Assembly: GCA_030699685.1 (NCBI GenBank)
Contig: JAUYLJ010000054.1
Coordinates: 309 to 64,308, forward strand
Length of the DNA: 64,000 nt
From: a bacterium
GTDB lineage: Bacteria; Patescibacteriota; Patescibacteriia; JAHIZJ01
Direction of reading: 5' to 3'
In this document: piece after piece, positions 36,553 to 50,064 of the stretch
Numbering within the stretch: position 1 is the first letter of the stretch
Layout of the letters: each line of letters begins with the position of its first letter
The notes under the pieces: generated by a model
What the model saw: the letters and a program-made list of their open reading frames with translations, nothing else
Told to the model about the DNA's origin: nothing
Database searches by the model: none
Position numbers and translations under genes: made by a program

Positions 36553-37719
36553 ATGCGTATCGGGATTGATTGTCGGACCATCCTAAACCCGAAGCGCGGA
36601 GAACGCGCCGGCGTAGGTCATTATTCCTACTATTTAGTAAAGACTCTCTTAGCCAAGGATAAGAAGAACTCTTATGTCTTATTTTTTGACTATCGTTTTC
36701 AGGACACGCGGGAATTTGAGCAGTCAAATGTCACGATACGGTACTTTCCGTTTTCGCAGTACAAAAAATTTCTCCCTTTCAGTTATTCCCACATGCTGAT
36801 CGCGGCCTTCCTCGCCCGGGAAAAACTGGATGTGTATCATTCGCCGGCCAACGTGATTCCCTATGGTTATCGGGGTTCTTCGATTGTGACAGTCCATGAC
36901 CTGGCCATCTATAAACACCCAGGTTGGTTTCCCCGAGGACAGAAATTCAGCGTGTCCGTGCTGGTGCCCCGCAGCCTGAACCGGGCGAAGCGAATTATCG
37001 CCGTGTCCGGATCCACAAGGAAAGACATCGTCCGTCTTTTCGACGAGCCTCAAGAAAAGATCAGGGTCATCCATGAAGGGGTGCTCTCGGAGCAATCCAG
37101 CATGACGGATATTGAGATTCGCAAAAAGCACGATATTGACGGACCGTATCTTCTGTACGTGGGTACGATAGAGCCGCGTAAAAATCTCGCCCTGCTTGTC
37201 TCGGCCTACGGCGCGCTAATTAGCAAAAATCCTCGTATGGCCAAATACCGCCTGGTGCTGGCCGGGCACAAGGGCTGGAAGAGCGACGACGTATTCAAAA
37301 CTATCAAAAAGCTCAAGCTGGAGTCTCAGGTTCGCTACCTCGACTATGTATCTCACGAAGACAAAATCGCGCTTCTTTCACACGCTACCTGTTTTGTATT
37401 CCCCACGCTTTACGAAGGCTTCGGCCTGCCGGTGCTAGAAGCCATGAACGTGGGGGCGCCGGTGATCACTTCGAATATCGCGTCGCTGCCGGAGATTACC
37501 GGTCAGGCGGCCTTACTGGTCAATCCCCGAAGCGAGAAGTCGTTGGCCGCCGCCTTGAAGAAGATGCTGAGTTCATCTTCGGTTCGAAAGAGATTTTCTC
37601 TCAAAGGACGGGAACAGGCAAAACAGTTTACTTGGACCAAATGCGCCTCTGAAACCTTGTCCGTGTATCGGGAAGTTGGGGGCAAAACTCGCGCGGCATC
37701 TGTTCGGAAGCAAAAGTAA
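36553..37719 (+). CDS. glycosyltransferase family 4
   Basis: MRIGIDCR, TVHDL, VGTIEPRKN, YEGFGLPVLEAM. Confidence 0.93.
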   Translation: MRIGIDCRTILNPKRGERAGVGHYSYYLVKTLLAKDKKNSYVLFFDYRFQDTREFEQSNVTIRYFPFSQYKKFLPFSYSHMLIAAFLAREKLDVYHSPANVIPYGYRGSSIVTVHDLAIYKHPGWFPRGQKFSVSVLVPRSLNRAKRIIAVSGSTRKDIVRLFDEPQEKIRVIHEGVLSEQSSMTDIEIRKKHDIDGPYLLYVGTIEPRKNLALLVSAYGALISKNPRMAKYRLVLAGHKGWKSDDVFKTIKKLKLESQVRYLDYVSHEDKIALLSHATCFVFPTLYEGFGLPVLEAMNVGAPVITSNIASLPEITGQAALLVNPRSEKSLAAALKKMLSSSSVRKRFSLKGREQAKQFTWTKCASETLSVYREVGGKTRAASVRKQK

Positions 37720-37796
37720 TAATATTTTTCCTTGATCTTTATGGCGGAATACGTCTGCCCGCTGTCAGCCGCGGCAGAATAGTATCGGCTTTTTCG

Positions 37797-38018
37797 ATGA
37801 TGGCATCTTTTTCGATCCGGGTTATTCCAAAATCTAAAACGCGCTCAGTATCGCGGCGCGGCGATGCTTTGGTTGTTCGTGTCCAAAACGCGCCAGAGAA
37901 AGGCAAAGCCAACAATGAAGCCATAAAGGCATTGGCTGAGTATCTGGGAGTGGCTTCGTCGCGGTTAACGCTGGTATCAGGCAAAGGTTCCCGTCTCAAG
38001 CGGGTGCGTTTCGATTGA
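37797..38018 (+). CDS. DUF167 (YggU) family protein
   Basis: RVIPKS..APEKGKAN..LA..LGV..LVSG.GSR.K. Confidence 0.88.
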   Translation: MMASFSIRVIPKSKTRSVSRRGDALVVRVQNAPEKGKANNEAIKALAEYLGVASSRLTLVSGKGSRLKRVRFD

Positions 38019-38070
38019 ATCACCCTGTTATTTATGGTATAATTAAGGAACGGAAGATTTTCACGCAACT

Positions 38071-38445
38071 ATGGCTGAAAAAAAGACCATTCTGGTCGTG
38101 GAGGACGAAGAGTCGATCGCCAAATCCTATCTCAAACACTTTCATGATTTGGGCTGGGAGGTTGTAATCGCGATTGATGGAGAGGACGCTTTGGAAAAAC
38201 TCAAGAACGTCACGCCTGATCTGATCCTGCTTGACCTGATTTTGCCGAAGATGCACGGTTTTGAATTCTTAAGCCAGATAAAGCAGGACGAGAAATTGAA
38301 GAATCTGCCGGTGATTATCCTGTCGAACCTTTCGAGCTCTCGAAACAAGGACAAAGCGGTCGCTCTGGGTGCCGAAAAATATTTCGTAAAAACCGAAGTA
38401 ACTATCGGCGATATCGTGGAAATGGTCCAAGAACATTTTCGCTGA
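38071..38445 (+). CDS. stand-alone response regulator receiver
   Basis: ILVVEDE, LLDLILP, ILSN, YFVK. Confidence 0.9.
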   Translation: MAEKKTILVVEDEESIAKSYLKHFHDLGWEVVIAIDGEDALEKLKNVTPDLILLDLILPKMHGFEFLSQIKQDEKLKNLPVIILSNLSSSRNKDKAVALGAEKYFVKTEVTIGDIVEMVQEHFR

Positions 38446-38448
38446 TTC

Positions 38449-38814
38449 ATGGCGCAAAAAATACTTATCATCGAAGACGAGCAAACACTGGCCCGTTCTC
38501 TCAAGGCTAAAATGGAGCGGGCGGGGTATGCCGTGGACAGGAAGATTGACGGTGTCCACGGATTGAAGCACGCGACTGACAAAAAGCCCGATTTCATCAT
38601 CCTTGACCTTATCTTGCCTGGTATGGGCGGACTGGAGGTGCTGAATGCGCTCAAGTCAAAAAAGGAGACAAAAATAATACCGGTGTTGGTGCTGAGCAAC
38701 GTTGACGATCCTAAAAGCTCTGACGAGGCTCTGAATTTAGGCGCGGTCAATTACCTGATCAAGACCCAGGTCACGCTCGAAAATATTCTCGAAGAAATCC
38801 GAAAACATATTTAA
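38449..38814 (+). CDS. stand-alone response regulator receiver
   Basis: ILIIEDE, ILDLILP, VLSN, YLIK. Confidence 0.9.
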   Translation: MAQKILIIEDEQTLARSLKAKMERAGYAVDRKIDGVHGLKHATDKKPDFIILDLILPGMGGLEVLNALKSKKETKIIPVLVLSNVDDPKSSDEALNLGAVNYLIKTQVTLENILEEIRKHI

Positions 38815-39052
38815 TCCGACCGGTAAAATACCGGCCTGCTTGCGTCGGCGTTTCTTTTATTGTTTAGGATAGCGAGTGAAGGAATGTGTACCACGGCAGT
38901 CACTTCCGAGCGACGCAAGACAAAAACAGGGTCCATTTCCCCGTGGCTGGCGGCGTTTACCATCGCCCTGCTATAAATGGGGCTGGGGTTCAGGGCTTGC
39001 CCTGGGGTGTAATACCCTCTATACTCAACGCGTATTTTGCGATAACAAAACC

Positions 39053-41956
39053 ATGGCCACACCACAATTTTCTGAACTGGAGGAAGGGGTTCTTAAACGC
39101 TGGAAAGACAAGTCGATTTTCAAAAAATCCCTTGAGCAAACGGCTCAAGGTAAACGCTTTGTTTTTTTTGAGGGGCCGCCAACAGCCAATGGCCGACCCG
39201 GAATTCATCATGTTTTGGCCCGCGTTTTCAAGGATGTCATCCCTCGGTATAAAACGATGCGTGGTTTTTTTGTCGAGCGCAAGGCCGGCTGGGATACCCA
39301 GGGATTGCCGGTTGAGCTGGAGGTGGAAAAACAAATCGGGGTATCGGGCAAAGCTGACATAGAAAAATTCGGCGTGGAGAAATTCAACGCCGCTTGCCGC
39401 GCCAGCGTCTGGAAATACCAGGAAGAGTGGCAGCGAATGACCGAGCGAATAGGTTTCTGGCTTGATCTCGAACATCCCTACGTCACGTACCATAATGAGT
39501 ATATCGAAACGCTTTGGTGGATTTTTAAGCAATTCCGGGAAAAGGATCTTTTATACCGCGATTACAAGGTGGTGCCGCAATGCCCGCGGTGCGGAACGGC
39601 GCTCTCCTCACATGAAGTGGCTCAGGGCTATCAATCGGTAACCGAAGAATCGGTGTACGTGACTTTCCCCGTCAAAAATCAGCCCGATACCTACATACTG
39701 TCCTGGACTACCACGCCCTGGACCTTGCCTGGCAACGTGGCGCTGGCAGTCGGACCGCGCTTCACTTACGTCAAGATTTTGTTGAACGGGAAGGTGTACA
39801 TACTGGCTGAACAGCGGCTCAGTATCATTGATGGCGAATATGAGGTGCTGGAAAAGATGTCGGGCCAGGATTTGGCCGGGTTGGAATACGAGCCTCTCTT
39901 TGACGGTTTGCAAAAATCACTAAGCTCCAACGACAAGGCATTCTATCTGACGACGGCTGACTTTGTCACGGTGACGGATGGTACTGGCGTGGTGCATACA
40001 GCCGTCATGTATGGGGAAGACGACTATGTTCTGGGACAGAAGATCGGCTTGCCGAAAAAACACACGGTTAATCCCGACGGAACGTTTAACGAACTGGTGT
40101 CTAAGTGGCAAGGGAAATTCGTCAAAGACGTCGAGTCGATGATAATTGACGACCTTAGGACGCGCGATCTTCTTTTCAAAAGCGAAGAATACACTCATGA
40201 CTATCCTTTTTGCTGGCGCTGCCACAGCCCCTTGCTTTATTACGCGAAACATTCCTGGTTCGTAAGGATGTCCTCGCTTCGTGATCAGCTCATCGCCAAT
40301 AATGCAAAGATCAATTGGGTGCCTGAACACATCCGACGCGGACGTTTTGGCGAATGGCTCAGCGAAATAAAAGACTGGGCGATTTCCCGCGAACGCTACT
40401 GGGGAACACCCCTTCCCATCTGGGTCAATACGCAAGATGAAAATGACGTGATAGTTGTTGGCGGCTTCGCGGAGCTCAAATCCCTGGCGAAGGATCCTGC
40501 CGCACTGGGTGATAAATTTGACCCGCACAAGCCCTTCATTGACGAAATAATACTGAAGAAAGACGGACAAGAGTATCGCCGAGTGCCGGAGGTGGCCGAT
40601 ACCTGGTTTGATTCCGGTGCCATGCCCTTTGCCCAATGGCACTATCCATTCGAGAACAAAGAACGCGTCGACAAGGGAATGAGTTTTCCGGCAGACTATA
40701 TCTGTGAAGCGATCGATCAAACCCGTGGTTGGTTCTACACTCTATTGGCGGTGGCAACGGCGCTGGGGTACAAGGAGTCTCCCTATCGCAATGTCATTTG
40801 CTTGGGTCACGTGTTGGACGCCAAGGGCCAGAAAATGAGCAAGCATATCGGCAATGTCGTTGATCCCTGGCAGGTGATAGCAGAGTTTGGTATTGATCCT
40901 GTCCGGTGGTATTTTTACACGGTCAACCAACCGGGAGAATACAAACGTTTTGACCCTGAGGGGTTACGCGAGGTAGTGAAAAAGACTTTCATCATCCTTT
41001 GGAATGTGGTCAATTTTTACACGCTTTTTTCAAGTAAGGAAAACCTGGCTCAGCCGGCGCCTGATTCAAGTAATATCCTTGACCGCTGGATACTGGCGAA
41101 ACTTGATCGTCTGGTCGTCGATGTCACCGGCCGGTTGGAGTCCTATCAGATAACCGAAGGCGGCCGGGCCATCACCGAGTTTATTAACGATCTCTCGACC
41201 TGGTACGTCCGGCGGAGCCGTGACCGTTTCAAATCCAGTGAAGCTTCTGAGGTAAAGCCGGCTCTGCACACGTTGCGAACGATTCTGCTTGAGGTATCAA
41301 AACTGATGGCGCCTTTTGCGCCCTTTATATCCGACGCGGTGTACGAAACCGTCGGCGGCGAAAAAGAAAGTGTCCATCTCGAATCATGGCCTGAGCGTCA
41401 GGCAAATACGGACGATGAGCGTTTGCTGGGTGAGATGGAAGCGGTTCGTCAGGTGGTGGAGCTGGTACATGCCGCCAGGACTGAGCGGGCGGTGAAAGTG
41501 CGCCAACCATTGTCGCAGCTGGTCATTCAATCGAAAGAGTGGCGCACAGAACTCGTTGATATTCTGAAGGCCGAGGTCAACGTCCACGATATTTACTTTC
41601 GTGAAGAGATACCCGAATCATCGGACTGGCAGGTCCAACGGATAGACAAGCTGGCCATCGCGCTGGACGTGACCGTGACGGATGAACTCTATTATCAAGG
41701 GATGATCCGCGAGCTGATCCGGCGGATCAATGTTTTGCGCAAACGCTCGAAGCTGACAATCCAGGACCGCGTCGAATTGTACCTCGATACCCAGGCTGAT
41801 GATTTGCGCGAAGCCGTGAAGCAGCACGAGGAGTGGTTGCGCCGGGAGACGCTGGCTGACGCTGTCGTCCTGCGAACTTTTGACGATACAGTTGGAGAGA
41901 TCGACCAGGCTGAATTTGACGGCAAGTCCATCCGGCTTGGCATCAAGAAGCGCTAA
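39053..41956 (+). CDS. ileS: isoleucine--tRNA ligase (type 2)
   Basis: EGPPTANG.PGIHH, WTTTPWTLP, DWAISRERYWG, KMSKH; start taken at MATPQF. Confidence 0.97.
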   Translation: MATPQFSELEEGVLKRWKDKSIFKKSLEQTAQGKRFVFFEGPPTANGRPGIHHVLARVFKDVIPRYKTMRGFFVERKAGWDTQGLPVELEVEKQIGVSGKADIEKFGVEKFNAACRASVWKYQEEWQRMTERIGFWLDLEHPYVTYHNEYIETLWWIFKQFREKDLLYRDYKVVPQCPRCGTALSSHEVAQGYQSVTEESVYVTFPVKNQPDTYILSWTTTPWTLPGNVALAVGPRFTYVKILLNGKVYILAEQRLSIIDGEYEVLEKMSGQDLAGLEYEPLFDGLQKSLSSNDKAFYLTTADFVTVTDGTGVVHTAVMYGEDDYVLGQKIGLPKKHTVNPDGTFNELVSKWQGKFVKDVESMIIDDLRTRDLLFKSEEYTHDYPFCWRCHSPLLYYAKHSWFVRMSSLRDQLIANNAKINWVPEHIRRGRFGEWLSEIKDWAISRERYWGTPLPIWVNTQDENDVIVVGGFAELKSLAKDPAALGDKFDPHKPFIDEIILKKDGQEYRRVPEVADTWFDSGAMPFAQWHYPFENKERVDKGMSFPADYICEAIDQTRGWFYTLLAVATALGYKESPYRNVICLGHVLDAKGQKMSKHIGNVVDPWQVIAEFGIDPVRWYFYTVNQPGEYKRFDPEGLREVVKKTFIILWNVVNFYTLFSSKENLAQPAPDSSNILDRWILAKLDRLVVDVTGRLESYQITEGGRAITEFINDLSTWYVRRSRDRFKSSEASEVKPALHTLRTILLEVSKLMAPFAPFISDAVYETVGGEKESVHLESWPERQANTDDERLLGEMEAVRQVVELVHAARTERAVKVRQPLSQLVIQSKEWRTELVDILKAEVNVHDIYFREEIPESSDWQVQRIDKLAIALDVTVTDELYYQGMIRELIRRINVLRKRSKLTIQDRVELYLDTQADDLREAVKQHEEWLRRETLADAVVLRTFDDTVGEIDQAEFDGKSIRLGIKKR

Positions 41957-42756
41957 TGGCCTTCACGTACACGACTGAAGGGGTAATACTTCGGCGTATT
42001 GCCTATCGGGAATCAGACCGGAAGATCGTGCTGCTTTCGCCTGATCACGGCAAATTGGATTTGACGGCTCGAGGCGCGTCAAAAATTGTCAGCAAATTGG
42101 CGCCGCATTTGGAGCCCTATACGTATGTGCGGGTGACTGTCGCGTCGGGGAATATGGAAACCATCACCCATTGCCAGGTTAAAAAACGCTTTAGCACGTT
42201 TACCACGTCGTTAATGAAAAAGGCCTGGGTTGACTATACGGCCGAAGTAGTCGATCAGCTACTACGTACCAGACAAGTTGATCCGTCTGTTTTTCGGCTG
42301 GTGTTTGATACTTGGAACGTAATCGACGAGCTGCCCTCCGTGAAGAAGACGGCGCTGGTTGGCTATGTGGTCGTGGCCGGCTTCGTCTTGAAACTCTTAG
42401 GCTGCCTTGGTTACCGACCAGAGCTGACGCTTTGCGCCAGATGCGGTAAACGGATGGATCCGAGCGGAAACACTTTTGATTCCGTGAACGGAGCACTGAT
42501 TTGCCGGCGATGTAAAAAGCACTTTCCCCAATCTCAGCTCGTTGGCGTTTCCGTTTCCACCATCAAGTTGCTGCGTTTTTTACTTCAGGAAGGGTATCCT
42601 CAGATATTGCGCTTGAAACTGAACGCCAGACAGCTGGCCGAACTGCATTCCGTAGTGCAAAAATATTTAGGGCAACAACTGAATTTTCCGTTGCGGAGCG
42701 TGGAGTTTTGGCGCTGGCTCAATACTCAGCCGTCCTTTCAGCAGTCGATTCGTTGA
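41956..42756 (+). CDS. recO: DNA repair protein RecO
   Basis: TEGVILR..YRESDR, ARGA.K..SKL..HLEP, CARC..CRRC. Confidence 0.93.
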   Translation: MAFTYTTEGVILRRIAYRESDRKIVLLSPDHGKLDLTARGASKIVSKLAPHLEPYTYVRVTVASGNMETITHCQVKKRFSTFTTSLMKKAWVDYTAEVVDQLLRTRQVDPSVFRLVFDTWNVIDELPSVKKTALVGYVVVAGFVLKLLGCLGYRPELTLCARCGKRMDPSGNTFDSVNGALICRRCKKHFPQSQLVGVSVSTIKLLRFLLQEGYPQILRLKLNARQLAELHSVVQKYLGQQLNFPLRSVEFWRWLNTQPSFQQSIR

Positions 42757-42846
42757 GCTCCTAATGCGCGGTTGATGCTATTGACGACCGCATGGAGTTC
42801 GTGATATCCCATGTGAGTGCGTGAGTAAAGATTGGAGGGGAGTTCC

Positions 42847-43335
42847 ATGACAAGCGATGTAGGGGATGTTGGTAAGTTGACTGAGCGGCTTGTGGTAGAG
42901 CTTGGGCACTTAGAGGATGGCGTGCTCCGGGAAGAACTGAAGAACCTGCTGGCGCTGGGTGATCCTGATGGCCGCTGGCCCTATCCAGGTGATCCTTCTC
43001 CGTGTTCCAGGTTCTGGAGTGTCTACCAGGAAGCGAAGCAGATGGGTGAGCCTGGAAGAGCTTTCATTCGCGACTGCGCGCCGGCCTTGACGATTCTGGC
43101 TCGTGACTTCGACCCAGATATGGATCATCCGTCGCTCTTCTTCGAGCTAATCCCTTTGGCGATGTTGATGAGTGATGGCGAATTGCGACGGGCTCTGGCT
43201 GACAGGCGCGATTGCGACAGCTTGGAGTATCGCGGGATGTCTGGCACCGGACAGCTCGATCGGGTGAGGAGAGCTGTCGATCGTAAACTGCTCTCGAGGA
43301 CAGAAGCTCTGGAACGGGAGGAGAATTATGAGTAA
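42847..43335 (+). CDS. hypothetical protein
   Basis: GGAGGGG RBS before ATG 42847. Confidence 0.65.
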   Translation: MTSDVGDVGKLTERLVVELGHLEDGVLREELKNLLALGDPDGRWPYPGDPSPCSRFWSVYQEAKQMGEPGRAFIRDCAPALTILARDFDPDMDHPSLFFELIPLAMLMSDGELRRALADRRDCDSLEYRGMSGTGQLDRVRRAVDRKLLSRTEALEREENYE

Positions 43336-43483
43336 GAAGGAACGCCAGTTGGCGTTCAGAAGGGCGGCTGAGTACGAGATCAACAGCCAGCGCCTGGTGC
43401 TCAAGCGCTTGGGTGGATTCCTCCTTTTCACCGCCCTTGCCACGTTGGCTCTTTGGTACTTTTCGAATGGCTCCGTTCGTTGA
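43328..43483 (+). CDS. small single-TM protein MSKKERQLAF...WYFSNGSVR (51 aa)
   Basis: GGAGGAG RBS; overlaps the upstream stop; below the ORF-track cutoff. Confidence 0.6.
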   Translation: MSKKERQLAFRRAAEYEINSQRLVLKRLGGFLLFTALATLALWYFSNGSVR

Positions 43484-43546
43484 CGACGACGGAGTTTTTG
43501 TTACCTGGTTGCCGAAGCAGTCAAAAAACGCTATACTTAGCTGACT

Positions 43547-46580
<3,034 letters not shown>

Positions 46581-46636
46581 CTGTCGCTTCCAGGAACCTT
46601 GGAAATATGGTATAATAGGGCAATAGGAAAGCCTTC

Positions 46637-46999
46637 ATGAGTTTCATTCTGACATCGTTCAAAATCGTATTCGTCGATATCATCGGCGGTGTCTTGTATT
46701 TTCCGGTCTGGTGGTATTCATCAGGCTTGGTGCTGGTTCTTAATAATATCAGCGCGAAGCTTGGTTCCACCGCGCGGATACTTGCCCTGGGCATATTGTT
46801 CCGGTATTTGTTTAAGCCCATGTATGCGGATTTTAGCAAGGAAGGGAGGGCGATCAGCGTCGTTATTCGCTTTGTGCATCTGATTTTTATGCTGGGCGTG
46901 TTTATCGTAGCGGTTTTCTTTTGGCTGTCGCTTCTTTTTCTCTGGCTCGTGCTGCCGCCGGCAGCGGTGTTTTTTATCTTTCGTAATTTTAGCGGCTAG
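46637..46999 (+). CDS. hypothetical membrane protein
   Basis: YFPVWWYS..LFKPMY; directly upstream of the Clp gene. Confidence 0.75.
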   Translation: MSFILTSFKIVFVDIIGGVLYFPVWWYSSGLVLVLNNISAKLGSTARILALGILFRYLFKPMYADFSKEGRAISVVIRFVHLIFMLGVFIVAVFFWLSLLFLWLVLPPAAVFFIFRNFSG

Positions 47000-47001
47000 T
47001 C

Positions 47002-49755
47002 ATGAGCGAAACCTCGGAAAAAAATCCATTGCGATTCTTCACCCTGGCGGAGTTATCCGGCGGCGGTCAGGCTCAGGCAGAAACAACTGATGAGCAGGGT
47101 CCGCTCTATGGATTGTATCAGGGGAGGGTATTGTTTTGGAACCGTTCAGTTGACGAAGTAAGTATCTGGTCGTCAACGCTGCGGAAGTGGAGTCAGGTCG
47201 GTTTTGTTCTGCTGTTGCTTTTGTTCGGAGTTTTTGGGCTGCTCCTGGGATTGATAGGTTTGAGCCAGGTTTGGGAAGATAGAATATCGTGGGAAGCGTT
47301 GTGGTCCTCGAGGACTGACCTTTTTGGCGTATTCTGGGTGTCGGTCCTGGTTGATCTGCTCGCTGTTTCTTTCCTGGCTCGTCAAGAGCAAAACAAGCGC
47401 GCGTTGCCAAGGTATCAAGAAGCCCCTTTAGCCGCCACGCAACTGGATGTTCAGCACCTTGCCAGAATTCCCTCCAAAGACTGGATAGACGTCGCACAAT
47501 ATTTTTCAGGTGATGCTATCAAGGCGGTTGAAGAATCAGCCAACCTTGCTTCATCCATGAAGCATGATCACATTGAACCAATTCACTTGCTAGCGGTGAT
47601 AGCCAGGCAGAAAGAGTGTGGATTGGTTTTTGCCAGGCTAGGCGTGAACCCAAGGGACTTTCGGGAACAAGTGGACCGCGCGCTCAAAAGAAAGACACGG
47701 CATCCTTCAACCGGGCCGGTATTGTCGTCAAGCATGTATCGTCTGCTTTTAGACTCGTACGCAGAAGCGTACAGACGAAGGGCGCGAGAAGTGACTACAG
47801 CTGATTTACTGACAGCGGTGATGGTAACGGGCAAGGAAGCGCAGAATATATTATATGACCTGAATATCGAGCTTGAAGAGCTTCGCAACGTTGTTGTTTG
47901 GGTGACTTTGCAGCAGGAGCTGCGTCAGCGGCTGAGCCGATTTCATTCTCTGTCAAGATTCAAACCAAAAGGCACTATGAACCGGGCGATGACGGCAATC
48001 GCCACGCCCTATCTTGATCGCTTCAGCCAAGACTTGACTTTGCTGGCCAGGGCGGGCGCACTAGAGTATTGCGTGAATCGGCACGACGAACACGAATCAA
48101 TTTTTCGCGCGATGGAGTCAGAAGCTTACGGCGTGGTACTGGTGGGGCAGCCCGGAGTTGGACGCAAAACAATCGTCAATGGATTGGCCCAGCGCATGGT
48201 AACCGAGGACGTGCCGCCCATGTTCCATGACAAACGTCTGGTCAGTGTCAGCCTGGGAGCGGTGGCCGCGGGAGCTTCAGCGCCGGGGGTGCTTGAAGAA
48301 CGGCTTTTTCGCCTCTTGTCCGAGGTAGCCCGATCGGGAAACATTATACTTTTCATCGAAGATATTCACAATATGGTAGGCATGAACACTGAGCAAGCCG
48401 AGGGGCTGGATTTCTCGGAAGTGTTCGCCCAGCAGTTGTCTCAACACCAGATATTAGTTATCAGCACGTCCAATCCTCTTGAATATCGTCGATATGTTGA
48501 AACTAGCGCCTTGGGCGACGCTCTCCACAGGATCGAAGTGGCGGAAATGGATGAGCAACAAACCATACACGTGCTGGAATCCAAGGCCGGCTTCATCGAG
48601 GCGCAGCAAAGAGTATTTTTTTCCTATGAAGCCATAGCTGCCGCGTATAGGCTGGCCAAGCGCTATGTGTATGACCGCTTTTTCCCTGACAAGGCTATCA
48701 GGCTTCTCGAAGAAGTGGCGGCCTTTGTCAGACGCACTAGGGGAAAAGACACGATAGTCGAAGCGAATGACGTGGCGCAAGTGATCGCCAGCAAGGTCAG
48801 GGTGCCAGTGACGGATGTGACCGAGAAAGAAAGCGCCAAGCTCATGCATCTTGAAGAGCGGATCCACGAACGTCTGGTTGATCAGGAGCCGGCCGTCAAG
48901 ATGGTGGCCGAAGCACTGCGACGTGCCCGGGCCGAACTGCGCGATGAGAAGCGACCGATTGTCAATCTGCTTTTCCTGGGTCCCACTGGCGTGGGAAAAA
49001 CTGAATTGTCCAAGACGGTGGCGGAAGTATATTTTGGTTCGGAAAACGCCATGATCCGCATCGACATGTCCGAGTATCAAACTAAAGACAGCGTCGACCG
49101 TTTGATTGGTTCACCGAATGAGCAAGCCTTTGGCGCGCGCGGCGGTTATCTGACTGAAGCCGTTCGCCGTAATCCATATTCGCTTATACTGCTTGATGAA
49201 ATAGAAAAAGCGCATCCGGACATCCTTAATATCTTTCTTCAGGTGCTTGATGACGGACGACTCACTGACTCGCTGGGACGGACGATAGACTTTACAAGCG
49301 CCATTATCATTGCCACGTCGAATGCCGGCACCCCGCTCATTCAACGTCGGGTCTTGGAAGGAAGAGAAATCGAAGCAATCAGGGATGAGCTGATCAACGA
49401 AGAGCTAAAAAATCATTTTCGTCCGGAGTTTCTTAATCGTTTTGACGGGGTGATGGTCTTCAGACCCTTAAGTCACGAGGATTTAACAAAGATTGCCAAT
49501 ATTCTATTGCGTAAAGTTGCTGCGCGCTTGCTGGAAAAGGGCATTCAGTTCCGGGCCACCGAAGAAGCGATTGAGGAACTGGTCAATGAAGGGTATGATC
49601 CGGCTTTTGGAGCCAGACCATTGCGCCGCGTCATCCAAAACACAGTCGACACGGCTTTGGCCAACTATCTGCTGTCCGGGAAACTTTCTCGCCGTGATGT
49701 AGCCGTACTTGAGACTGGCGGCAAGATTCGGGTGGAGAAGGCGGAAAGGCTATAA
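47002..49755 (+). CDS. ClpA/B/C-family AAA+ ATPase with N-terminal TM segments
   Basis: Two TM, Clp-N domain, D1 (GQPGVGRKT, LFIEDIH), D2 (GPTGVGKT, RIDMSEY, LLDEIEKAH, GARPLRR). Confidence 0.92.
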   Translation: MSETSEKNPLRFFTLAELSGGGQAQAETTDEQGPLYGLYQGRVLFWNRSVDEVSIWSSTLRKWSQVGFVLLLLLFGVFGLLLGLIGLSQVWEDRISWEALWSSRTDLFGVFWVSVLVDLLAVSFLARQEQNKRALPRYQEAPLAATQLDVQHLARIPSKDWIDVAQYFSGDAIKAVEESANLASSMKHDHIEPIHLLAVIARQKECGLVFARLGVNPRDFREQVDRALKRKTRHPSTGPVLSSSMYRLLLDSYAEAYRRRAREVTTADLLTAVMVTGKEAQNILYDLNIELEELRNVVVWVTLQQELRQRLSRFHSLSRFKPKGTMNRAMTAIATPYLDRFSQDLTLLARAGALEYCVNRHDEHESIFRAMESEAYGVVLVGQPGVGRKTIVNGLAQRMVTEDVPPMFHDKRLVSVSLGAVAAGASAPGVLEERLFRLLSEVARSGNIILFIEDIHNMVGMNTEQAEGLDFSEVFAQQLSQHQILVISTSNPLEYRRYVETSALGDALHRIEVAEMDEQQTIHVLESKAGFIEAQQRVFFSYEAIAAAYRLAKRYVYDRFFPDKAIRLLEEVAAFVRRTRGKDTIVEANDVAQVIASKVRVPVTDVTEKESAKLMHLEERIHERLVDQEPAVKMVAEALRRARAELRDEKRPIVNLLFLGPTGVGKTELSKTVAEVYFGSENAMIRIDMSEYQTKDSVDRLIGSPNEQAFGARGGYLTEAVRRNPYSLILLDEIEKAHPDILNIFLQVLDDGRLTDSLGRTIDFTSAIIIATSNAGTPLIQRRVLEGREIEAIRDELINEELKNHFRPEFLNRFDGVMVFRPLSHEDLTKIANILLRKVAARLLEKGIQFRATEEAIEELVNEGYDPAFGARPLRRVIQNTVDTALANYLLSGKLSRRDVAVLETGGKIRVEKAERL

Positions 49756-50064
49756 CAATAGAATAAAGGTAGTTGGTCCAGGATTGTTGCTCGGTCCTGA
49801 CTTCCGCTCGGAATGGAAGACTTAAAGACGCGCAACGACTTTTGTAATAAAGCCCAGTTCGAATCACATTCTCGACAAACTCTTCTCGACAGGCTCGAAC
49901 ATTATAGTAGGGTGTTGATGCTTTTGATAGGTTTTTTTGCAAAAGCATTTTTACATCCTCATTTCGGAGCTGAAATTTTCCGCGTTGACAGTAAAGGCTG
50001 CGTTGAAGTACGATAGCGTTGTCAAAGAGTTCCTTAAATCCGAAACCTCAACCTTGGGGGCAAG

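Noticed and set aside
38876-39052. 59-codon N-terminal extension of ileS
   Set aside because: No similarity to IleRS; contains a promoter-like TTGCCC..TATACT; MATPQF is the natural start
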